From the IMG/VR virus record IMGVR_UViG_3300042881_004206: a stretch of DNA of 64,000 bases. One strand, given 5' to 3'. Under the pieces are notes generated by a model. That model had not been told where the DNA came from and ran no database searches. It saw nothing but the letters and a program-made list of their open reading frames with translations. The translations under genes and the position numbers were made by a program. Source of the DNA: a virus (taxonomy: Duplodnaviria > Caudoviricetes). Positions 26,939-34,199 of the stretch are shown here, one piece after another (the stretch's first letter is position 1; every line of letters starts with the position of its first letter).

Positions 26939-27421
26939 ATGTTAAAACTCAACATTCAAGAGGTTAAGGATTTTATTCAATCACAAAGTCCGGATACTAA
27001 AATTTACCTTGGTGCAGACTCGGAAAGATTTCATATGAATGGTAAATGGTATGCTGATTACACTCTTGCTGTTGTAGTTCATATTGATGGTCGACATGGA
27101 TGTAAGATATTTGGTGAAGTTCATCGTGAGTTGGATTATGATCACAAGAAAAGCAAACCTGCTATGCGATTGATGAATGAAGTTTATAAAGTAGCAGATT
27201 TGTTTCACCAATTAATTGATGTGTTGGAAGATAGACATGTAGAAGTTCACCTGGATATTAATCCAGATGAGCACTATGGTTCTTCTTGCGTGGTGCAACA
27301 AGCAATAGGTTATATCAAAGGTACATGTGATGTTGTACCAATGGTGAAACCAAAAGCATTTGCTGCTTCATATGCAGCAGATAGACTGAAACATGTGATG
27401 GCTATGGCAAAAGTTGTTTAA
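26939..27421 (+). CDS. RNase H-like protein (YkuK/DUF458 family)
   Basis: IYLGADSE, YTLAVVVH, RLMNEV, EVHLDIN and FAASYAAD; ATG 26939 after GAAAGG. Confidence 0.75.
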   Translation: MLKLNIQEVKDFIQSQSPDTKIYLGADSERFHMNGKWYADYTLAVVVHIDGRHGCKIFGEVHRELDYDHKKSKPAMRLMNEVYKVADLFHQLIDVLEDRHVEVHLDINPDEHYGSSCVVQQAIGYIKGTCDVVPMVKPKAFAASYAADRLKHVMAMAKVV

Positions 27422-27422
27422 T

Positions 27423-27497
27423 GGTGTCTATGGTGTAGTGGAAGCATTGCTCTCTGTGAAAGAGTAGGTACGAGGTCGGTACTCGTTAGACACCCCA
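27423..27497 (+). tRNA. tRNA-His(GUG)
   Basis: 8-bp acceptor with G-1:C73; CT GTG AA loop; non-canonical T-loop GTCGGTA. Confidence 0.88.
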
Positions 27498-27512
27498 AAA
27501 TAAGGATTAATT

Positions 27513-27752
27513 ATGAAACCACTAGGTAATAATGTTATTGTGAAACGTGCAGAAAAAAATCTGACAACAGGTTCAGGTATTATTTTGCAAAGAAGTGATG
27601 AAGCCGATTATGGTGTCGTAGTGAATATTGGACCTGATGTTGTTGATGTGTCGATTTCAGACAAGGTACTGTTGGATTGGAATAAAGCACTTCAAATCGA
27701 TAAAGAAAATTATAAAATTTCAATTGATAGTATTATTGCTATCATTGAGTAA
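27513..27752 (+). CDS. Co-chaperonin GroES/gp31-like
   Basis: MKPLGNNVIVKR, TTGSGIIL and GVVVNIGPDV. Confidence 0.88.
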   Translation: MKPLGNNVIVKRAEKNLTTGSGIILQRSDEADYGVVVNIGPDVVDVSISDKVLLDWNKALQIDKENYKISIDSIIAIIE

Positions 27753-27759
27753 ATTTTAA

Positions 27760-27833
27760 GCCTCTTTAGTTTAATGGTAAAACTCCGCCCTTACAAGACG
27801 GTTACGGCAGTTCGATTCTGTCAAGAGGCACCA
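27760..27833 (+). tRNA. tRNA-Val(UAC)
   Basis: CT TAC AA loop (one C-A mismatch in stem); CCA. Confidence 0.9.
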
Positions 27834-27844
27834 GGAGAGATAAA

Positions 27845-28036
27845 ATGTACATAGAAAGCATCCAAAAACTTTTTACCATTTGGCCTGTTTATACTAAAGA
27901 AACGGTATACAAAACATTGGTGGATCCTGTGACGGATAAAAAAGTTGTTGACATTGTGACTTATTATGTGTATAATGACAAAGCAAAAATTGATACGAAT
28001 GAAAACAACAAAACAAACATTGATGTAAAAGTTTAG
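27845..28036 (+). CDS. Small hypothetical protein
   Basis: AGGAG RBS; 63 aa; stop overlaps first base of tRNA-Leu. Confidence 0.55.
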   Translation: MYIESIQKLFTIWPVYTKETVYKTLVDPVTDKKVVDIVTYYVYNDKAKIDTNENNKTNIDVKV

Positions 28037-28112
28037 CCCCGGTGACGGAATTGGTATACGTGTTGGTCTTAGAAGCCAAATTTTAGGAGTTCGACTCTCC
28101 TCTGGGGCACCA
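28036..28112 (+). tRNA. tRNA-Leu(UAG) lacking long variable arm
   Basis: TTGGT-CT TAG AA-GCCAA; V region only ATTTT; A73; CCA. Confidence 0.85.
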
Positions 28113-28118
28113 AATAAA

Positions 28119-28193
28119 CTGGCCGTAGTATAATGGAGAATACAGTTGCCTTCTAAGCAATCAATCCAGGTTCGATTCCTGGCGGCCGGACCA
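28119..28193 (+). tRNA. tRNA-Arg(UCU)
   Basis: GTTGC-CT TCT AA-GCAAT; CCA. Confidence 0.92.
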
Positions 28194-28198
28194 GATAT

Positions 28199-28283
28199 GC
28201 GACTGTGGTGAAATAGGTAGACACAAGAGACTTAAAATCTCTCGACTTCGGTCGTGCCGGTTCGATTCCGGCCAGTCGCACCA
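28199..28283 (+). tRNA. tRNA-Leu(UAA)
   Basis: AGAGA-CT TAA AA-TCTCT; V arm CGAC-TTCG-GTCG; CCA. Confidence 0.94.
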
Positions 28284-28296
28284 TATATAGTAGTAT

Positions 28297-28370
28297 GCGG
28301 GATTAGTTTATCGGTAAAACGAAACCTTGCCAAGGTTTAGTGACCAGTTCGACTCTGGTATCCCGCTCCA
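28297..28370 (+). tRNA. tRNA-Gly(GCC)
   Basis: AAACC-TT GCC AA-GGTTT; U73; CCA. Confidence 0.93.
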
Positions 28371-28388
28371 AATATACCATAATAATTC

Positions 28389-28416
28389 TTGACTCTACAA
28401 ATTTTTCTGTTATAAT
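28389..28416 (+). promoter_or_regulatory. Internal sigma70 promoter in tRNA array
   Basis: TTGACT-16 nt-TATAAT with TG extension. Confidence 0.6.
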
Positions 28417-28428
28417 TAATTCATAAAT

Positions 28429-28496
28429 GCGGTGTGTTGTAGAACAGAGTGGATGTCCAATTCACTTGCTTGGTGCAAACCCAAGACGCCGCTCCA
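28429..28496 (+). tRNA. Degenerate 68-nt tRNA-Gly(UCC)-like RNA
   Basis: Acceptor GCGGTGT/ACGCCGC plus TCCA; tiny D arm; 6-bp anticodon stem with loop TG TCC AA; T-loop TGCAAAC. Confidence 0.7.
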
Positions 28497-28500
28497 AATG

Positions 28501-28575
28501 CGCGGGATGGAGAAGTGGCAACTCGCCAGCCTCATAAGCTGGAGATCGCAGGTTCAAATCCTGCTCCCGCAACCA
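28501..28575 (+). tRNA. Initiator-type tRNA-fMet(CAU)
   Basis: C1xA72 mismatch, CGCGGG 5' end and TTCAAAT T-loop; lacks the three anticodon-stem G:C pairs. Confidence 0.85.
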
Positions 28576-29304
28576 CTAAGAATGCAATTTAAATAAACTG
28601 AGTGCTTCCGGTATTCTTGTTTTTGTGTTCTGGCTTCCCAACAATATAACAATTCGTTGACTGATTCCATTTGTCAACATCATAGCAATACATCCACCAG
28701 ATGCTGTTATGAATCCAGTTTTACTTACAATAAATTCATATTGTTGAACCAACGGATTTGTATTGTTGTAGGTTAAAAATTTATTTTTTGTTGTTTGTAT
28801 TTTTATTGATGGCATTTTACTACTTTCAACAATTTCAGGATAATCTTTTGCCATCATTACAATTTTAATCAGTTCTTCAGCTGTACTGATATTCATTATA
28901 CTTAAACCTGTTGGTTCCACGAATCTGGTCTGTTCCAGGCCATGCATACGCATTTTTAGATTCATACTATAGATACACGCAGAAGTTCCACCAGGATAGT
29001 TCTCACATAATGTTACGGCCGCGGAATTACTTGAATTCACCATTGCCAATTGTATCAATTCTTTCCTTGTCAACTTACCTATTTTTTCATTTAGGTCTTG
29101 TTGTGCATCTAAAACAACCATCGATGTGACCAATTTTGTAATACTGGCAATCGACCTCACATCAGTTGTATTTTTACCTTCAATTATTTTGCCATTTTCG
29201 TCTGACACAATCCAGGCTTTTGCGGTAATAGGCTGTGTTGCGTTAACTGGTTCAGTATAAAATGCGGCGAAAACCAACAATAAAGAAATAATTTTGTATA
29301 GCAA
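28576..29304 (-). CDS. Serine D-Ala-D-Ala carboxy/endopeptidase (peptidase S11, PBP5/PBP7-like), exported
   Basis: Signal peptide; SITK (SxxK), SSN (SxN) and KTG motifs. Confidence 0.9.
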   Translation of the reverse strand: MLYKIISLLLVFAAFYTEPVNATQPITAKAWIVSDENGKIIEGKNTTDVRSIASITKLVTSMVVLDAQQDLNEKIGKLTRKELIQLAMVNSSNSAAVTLCENYPGGTSACIYSMNLKMRMHGLEQTRFVEPTGLSIMNISTAEELIKIVMMAKDYPEIVESSKMPSIKIQTTKNKFLTYNNTNPLVQQYEFIVSKTGFITASGGCIAMMLTNGISQRIVILLGSQNTKTRIPEALSLFKLHS

Positions 29305-29336
29305 TTTAAAATCTCCATAGTGTATACTCTACTTAG

Positions 29337-29519
29337 TCACTGTTTTTTTGTGCCCACCAAACATTCATTCCTAAACTTTTCATTAGCTGAAGCGGCTTTT
29401 CCATAATCAGCCTTTGGATTATTTTCTCTCCAATTCTTTTGTTTTTTTTCGACGCATTTTTCTACCGGATCCGTGCAAGCAACAAGTGTAAATGAAAGTA
29501 ATAAGATTAAATATTTCAT
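29337..29519 (-). CDS. Small lipoprotein
   Basis: MKYLILLLSFTLVAC lipobox; start reassigned to 29519; second Cys pair. Confidence 0.7.
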   Translation of the reverse strand: MKYLILLLSFTLVACTDPVEKCVEKKQKNWRENNPKADYGKAASANEKFRNECLVGTKKQ

Positions 29520-29523
29520 AGAT

Positions 29524-30021
29524 TTATCTCCCGCAACTTCCTGTATTATTACAATATTGGATGAGTTCGTAACCACCCCAAAAAAGTCCAACAAGAAATA
29601 AAAGAATTATAGTTATAGAAATAGACATTTCTATTGCTTCTAAAATTTGTCTTTTTCTTTTGGCTGCAAATTCTTTTGCCCTTCTAGCTTCATGTGCAGC
29701 TTCTATGTCCATTGCTGCAGCTCTTGCTTTTATTTTATTCCAAACATCAATTTTTCCAGCTTGCATAAAAAGAAGTTGCAATTCATTTTCAAATTGTTTA
29801 GCTTGATCTAAGGCCATTTCAATTTGAATGGCTGCACCCATACTGGAACTAGTCCCACTTCTCTTAGCTTCTACTGCGGCTTTTGTTGCGGTGCTTTTGG
29901 CATCAAAATATTTACCCAAAACTGGCCCTAACGATGAAACATCGTCTACCGTTTTTGATATTTTTTTGACCAGCGCTACTGCCGACTGAATGCCGGCTAA
30001 TGCTGTAATTGGATCAATCAT
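29524..30021 (-). CDS. Membrane protein, unknown function
   Basis: Helical N-terminus MIDPITALAG; C-terminal TM ISITIILLFLVGLFWGGY. Confidence 0.7.
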   Translation of the reverse strand: MIDPITALAGIQSAVALVKKISKTVDDVSSLGPVLGKYFDAKSTATKAAVEAKRSGTSSSMGAAIQIEMALDQAKQFENELQLLFMQAGKIDVWNKIKARAAAMDIEAAHEARRAKEFAAKRKRQILEAIEMSISITIILLFLVGLFWGGYELIQYCNNTGSCGR

Positions 30022-30638
30022 TTGTTTGCCAATGGATTATCCATCGCCTTTTGAATCTTACTGTCAACATCTTTCTTCAATGTTTCAACTTCTCTGTTGA
30101 TTTCACGACGAGCTGCGGTAAATTCACTATTGATTTCTTTGCGTGTTTGTTCCATATCCCTACGGATATTGTTTGCTTCTGTTCTAGCCTTCTCCAAATC
30201 CTCACGAACAGCCTTACGCATTTCACGCATTTCAGATTCGGTTTCTCTTTGAGCTTGTTTAACTGAGCGCTCAACTTGTTCAGTAACAGATTCATTTCTA
30301 CGAATATCACTCTTTAAATCATTTTTAATATCTCTAGTGTAATCACTGGTCTTTTGACTGTTTTCTTCAATAACAGCAAGTCGTTTGTCGAAATCCGACA
30401 AATCTGGTGAAACATATTCGGCAATTTTCTTTTTCATTCCCATATAATCTTTGTAGGCTTCAAAAACACCATAAAGACCACCCAATAAAGATGAGACAAG
30501 AGTAAATGCAATCATAAGTTTTGCCGGTGTAAATTCGTAACCACCAACACTGATGACAGTATCTTTGCTGGCATATTTTTTGACAGCAGCTTCCGCTTCA
30601 TCAATTTTTTTGTTTACGTCTTTAATTTCTTCTCCCAT
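30018..30638 (-). CDS. Single-TM coiled-coil protein
   Basis: TM LMIAFTLVSSLLGGLYGVF followed by ~130-aa heptad-rich coiled coil. Confidence 0.72.
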   Translation of the reverse strand: MGEEIKDVNKKIDEAEAAVKKYASKDTVISVGGYEFTPAKLMIAFTLVSSLLGGLYGVFEAYKDYMGMKKKIAEYVSPDLSDFDKRLAVIEENSQKTSDYTRDIKNDLKSDIRRNESVTEQVERSVKQAQRETESEMREMRKAVREDLEKARTEANNIRRDMEQTRKEINSEFTAARREINREVETLKKDVDSKIQKAMDNPLANK

Positions 30639-30639
30639 T

Positions 30640-32430
30640 TTAATTCCTTTTATATTGTTGGTTGACCATTTCTTGATGTAATCTATCCGAACTCATTTGT
30701 CTTAATGCTCGAACATTGTCAACATTTTTCTGTCCTTTATAAATTTCTTTCGGTGCATAAAAAGCCGCATCTGCAATGACAAGATTCAAATACTGATTAT
30801 AACCAACAGGTGTTGTTGCCATTCTAGAAATGTTGACACCACCAGCAATTTCATTATCAGACACATTTGTGTTTACGCTTGTTTTTGGTTGTACAGATGT
30901 TGTTGTTTGTAAGTCAACACCGCGACCTTCTATTATTTGATTAATCGGATTTGTTCTATCGGTCAAAAATCTTTGAGATTCAGACATAGACATTTCGAAA
31001 GATGAAGTAGTTGATTGTTGATTTGTTGAAAACGAAGTTTGAGAAACTTGTGTTGTTTCGGTTGATATTGGAACAAAATTTTGTGTAGTTGCATTTTGTA
31101 ACTGTTGTTGTGGTGGCAATAACGAATATATTATTTGTGTTTGTGCATTTTGAGTTTGTTCTTGGAACAAATTTGTTGTAACCGTGGATTGTACAATCGA
31201 ATTATCTGGAGAAACACTATTTGTTGAACCAAAACGATTTGTATCATTTGCTCTTGTGGTAGAAGTTTGTATGTTAGGCTGAGTAAATGTTGAAACAGAA
31301 GAAGATTGTGTAGTTTGTATTTGATTACTTGACTGATCACTTCTTTGTGCAACTGGACTAATTCTTAAAGAAGAACCAATAAGACTTTGACTACTTGCTA
31401 AACTTGAAGATTGAGCAATATTTACCGCTTCTTGCTGCGCTTGCTGTGCAGTTTGTTCGGCAGCAGCAACAGCATTCTGTGCAGCCTGCATTGCAATAGA
31501 TTGTTCTCTTTGTTGATTTCTAGCAACAACACTCAAACCAATTGAAACGCCATTAGAATTAACAGTTGTTTCTTTATTATTTACAGTTGATGTTAATGTT
31601 ACAGATGGTGTAGCGACTGTAGTTAAGCTCGATTCGGTTACCGGAGATTGTGTTACTGTGGTCGTTGGAGCCTGAGGCATTGTACTTGTGGTGTTTGTGT
31701 TTGTTACAATCTCTGTCGTACTTGTTGGCAAAGGCGGCGTCAGCTTTGCTAGAGCATCAGCAAAACCAGGACAAGTTGGACTATACAATGGATTGTTGAA
31801 ACACGGATCAACCGAATACTTTAAACTGAAACTCACATTGTAAACCTCAGGTCCATAAGGCCCTGCCCAAAAATTATTGTCTCGGCCAACAAAACCATAT
31901 TGCACACTTCCTAAATCTTTTGTAGCAAATGGTGTTGTGAAGTTTTCCGAAAAATTAAAATTGGTCCAATCAAACTTATATGTTAAATCATAGTTTCGAT
32001 TGAAAACAGTTGATCCTTTTGAATCGTAAAAACTCACATAAGCGTTAAGATAGTCAATTCGACCATCGTCCCAACCATTACCGTTTTTCGCTGTGAAACT
32101 AAAATTATAACCATTTACACGCAATCCTGTTCCTGAATTTGGAAGAAGACTGGATATAAGTTGCATCTGATATAAATTTGTAGTACCATATGAAAAATTT
32201 ATATTATTGCCTGGTCGGACAATAGCATTTGGACCACAATATCCGGGATCACCCGAAGCCCAACAAGTCAAACTATCCTGATAAACACCATTGACCCATG
32301 GTGTTGTGTTTGTACCAGAAACAGTCGGTTGCACCACATTTCCTGTGGTGTAAACTTGAGTTGGATCAAGTGTTTGAGCGGTTGCAATTGATGATAAAAA
32401 AACCATCAAAGCAAAAAAGAGATTTTTCAT
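30640..32430 (-). CDS. Exported protein with beta-rich N-domain, Cys motif and Thr/Ser/Gln-rich linker
   Basis: Signal MKNLFFALMVFLSSIATA; DPCFNNPLYSPTCPGF; long low-complexity region. Confidence 0.75.
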   Translation of the reverse strand: MKNLFFALMVFLSSIATAQTLDPTQVYTTGNVVQPTVSGTNTTPWVNGVYQDSLTCWASGDPGYCGPNAIVRPGNNINFSYGTTNLYQMQLISSLLPNSGTGLRVNGYNFSFTAKNGNGWDDGRIDYLNAYVSFYDSKGSTVFNRNYDLTYKFDWTNFNFSENFTTPFATKDLGSVQYGFVGRDNNFWAGPYGPEVYNVSFSLKYSVDPCFNNPLYSPTCPGFADALAKLTPPLPTSTTEIVTNTNTTSTMPQAPTTTVTQSPVTESSLTTVATPSVTLTSTVNNKETTVNSNGVSIGLSVVARNQQREQSIAMQAAQNAVAAAEQTAQQAQQEAVNIAQSSSLASSQSLIGSSLRISPVAQRSDQSSNQIQTTQSSSVSTFTQPNIQTSTTRANDTNRFGSTNSVSPDNSIVQSTVTTNLFQEQTQNAQTQIIYSLLPPQQQLQNATTQNFVPISTETTQVSQTSFSTNQQSTTSSFEMSMSESQRFLTDRTNPINQIIEGRGVDLQTTTSVQPKTSVNTNVSDNEIAGGVNISRMATTPVGYNQYLNLVIADAAFYAPKEIYKGQKNVDNVRALRQMSSDRLHQEMVNQQYKRN

Positions 32431-33689
32431 TCTCTTATAGCTTTAGGAATTTTGTCCGGATTTGCAGCCCAAGCGACTTTAGCTTGTTCACCAATCAAAC
32501 CTTCATATGGGCAAGGTGTACCGGCTGCCATCATGGCATCAAATACTCTACGATCCTGACACATCGTGGCAACTGCGGCAACTTTCATACCCATGTCAAA
32601 TAGTGTTTTGGAAAGTTTTAATCTTTCGCAATTTTGGTCACGCATTGTACCACCAAAACTTAAACCAAAAACTTGAGTTTGTGTAGCACCAGAAACACCA
32701 GTCACGCAAAGGTCTGAGCCCATACTCATCATTGCAGGTGCGATTGCTGTTGGTGGAGGTTGAACAACTTTTTGTGTGACGGTACTTTCATTGATATTGC
32801 GATTGGTCATTTCACCTGACTGAATGTTTTGATTAACATTTGTTGCAGTTGATGTGTTATTATTTTGGTTTACATTTGTACTTGTTGTTTGATTTACATT
32901 ATTATTGTTATAAGTCATTGTTCCAGAATTGATATTCTGATTGACATTTGTACTTTGACTATTGTTTACATTTAAATTTGTATTTCTACTTGTGCTTGTT
33001 GAAGTATTAACATTATTATTGTTATTTGTCATTGTACCAGTATTTTCATTTCTATTAATGTTGGTGCTTGTGCTGACATTATTGTTGTTATATGTCATTG
33101 TACCAGAATTAATGTTATGGTTCGTATTTGTTGAAGTGCTGGTACTTACATTGTTGTTATTGAATGTTTGTGTGCCACTATTAATATTATAATTTGTATT
33201 TGAATTTGTTGATGAGGATGTATTGGTGTTTACATTGTTGTTATTGTTTGTAACTGTTCCACTTTGTACATTATTGTTTGTGTAAGTAACAGAACCGCTC
33301 ATCACATTGTTGTTATTGTTTGTGATAGTGCCATTTGTGGTATTTTGATTGATGTTTGTAACTGTTCCACTTTGCACATTGTTATTATTGTTATTGTAAG
33401 TCACAGTACCGCTGTTCACATTATTGTTTGTGTTGACATTGGTGCTGTTGACGGTACTTGTACTGGTGGTCGTGCTTGTACTGGTACTATTATTGTTTGT
33501 GGTAACGGTACTTGTGCTATTTGAAGTGGAGTTGGTATCCACTAATGTCTTTGAATCATAACTACCTTGATTAATAGGTGTAGTTGTGCTTGTTGTTGTT
33601 CCACCGGTTGTACTCTGCGTACTTGTTGTTTGCGCAAATGCTGTACCCATAACAAAAAGTAAGGCTAAAGCCAACTTTTTGAAGTTCAT
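32427..33689 (-). CDS. Exported Asn/Thr-rich repeat protein with Cys-rich C-terminal domain
   Basis: AAGGAAA RBS before ATG 33689; signal MNFKKLALALLFVMGTAFA; repeats N(V/I)(N/Q)SGT(V/M)T(Y/N)NNNN; C-terminal DLCVTG..QNCERLK..TMCQD..TPCP. Confidence 0.8.
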   Translation of the reverse strand: MNFKKLALALLFVMGTAFAQTTSTQSTTGGTTTSTTTPINQGSYDSKTLVDTNSTSNSTSTVTTNNNSTSTSTTTSTSTVNSTNVNTNNNVNSGTVTYNNNNNNVQSGTVTNINQNTTNGTITNNNNNVMSGSVTYTNNNVQSGTVTNNNNNVNTNTSSSTNSNTNYNINSGTQTFNNNNVSTSTSTNTNHNINSGTMTYNNNNVSTSTNINRNENTGTMTNNNNNVNTSTSTSRNTNLNVNNSQSTNVNQNINSGTMTYNNNNVNQTTSTNVNQNNNTSTATNVNQNIQSGEMTNRNINESTVTQKVVQPPPTAIAPAMMSMGSDLCVTGVSGATQTQVFGLSFGGTMRDQNCERLKLSKTLFDMGMKVAAVATMCQDRRVFDAMMAAGTPCPYEGLIGEQAKVAWAANPDKIPKAIRE

Positions 33690-33747
33690 TTGATTTCCTT
33701 TTAATTTTGTTATGAAAAAAAACATTGGTAAATGTTTCAGGGACATA

Positions 33748-33795
33748 TTGCATGTCCGAACAAAATCATATATAATTGTATCACTCTTATTTATG
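33748..33795. promoter_or_regulatory. Face-to-face promoters: + strand sigma70 and - strand late-type
   Basis: TTGCAT-17-TATAAT (33748-33776, +); CATAAATA on - strand (33788-33795). Confidence 0.5.
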
Positions 33796-33872
33796 CGGGT
33801 AGACAGGTGAAGGGGCCACCAACAGCCTTCCAAGCTGAAGATCGCGGAGTTCGACTCTCCCTACCCGCTCCA
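33795..33872 (+). tRNA. tRNA-Gly(UCC) with irregular D arm
   Basis: Acceptor GCGGGTA/TACCCGC plus TCCA; CAGC-CT TCC AA-GCTG; TTCGACT T-loop. Confidence 0.8.
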
Positions 33873-33893
33873 CTTTTATTGGGAATTTAAATT

Positions 33894-34199
33894 ATGGATA
33901 TAATTGTATTGAAATTAATTACCGGCGAAGAAATCCTAGGTGAAATAGAATCCGAATCGGAAACCGAATTTGTCTTAGTCAATCCAGTAGGAATTGCAGT
34001 TGTTCGTGGCCAGGACGGTGCTCCCAATGTAGGTTTTGCACCATTTCCTATTCATGCCGAACAAAAAAGAGGTTCGACTATTGCCTTGGTGAAGAAACAT
34101 ATTGTATACTCATATGTTCCTGCCGAAGATTTTATCAATAATTATAATCAAATATTCGGTTCTGGAATTATTGTTCCCAACAAACAGCTTATTACATGA
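33894..34199 (+). CDS. Conserved hypothetical protein (Sm-like) upstream of DNA polymerase
   Basis: VLKLITGEEILG...YNQIFGSGIIVP pattern; ATGA coupling to gp43. Confidence 0.6.
   Translation: MDIIVLKLITGEEILGEIESESETEFVLVNPVGIAVVRGQDGAPNVGFAPFPIHAEQKRGSTIALVKKHIVYSYVPAEDFINNYNQIFGSGIIVPNKQLIT

Noticed and set aside
25129-28575. Theta/HDV-like or hammerhead ribozymes next to tRNAs
   Set aside because: Most spacers are a few nt and no nested double pseudoknot or CUGAUGA/GAAA core was found by eye; a motif search is needed to exclude fully
32800-33560. Short nucleotide repeats (ttattgtt, gtaactgttcc) as a possible CRISPR or VNTR array
   Set aside because: Imperfect, in frame and explained by Asn/Thr peptide repeats; no constant repeat-spacer period and no cas genes
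28576-33795. Minus-strand cassette as an integrated mobile element
   Set aside because: No integrase or transposase and no duplicated tRNA 3' end or att repeat seen; a late-type promoter suggests a resident operon
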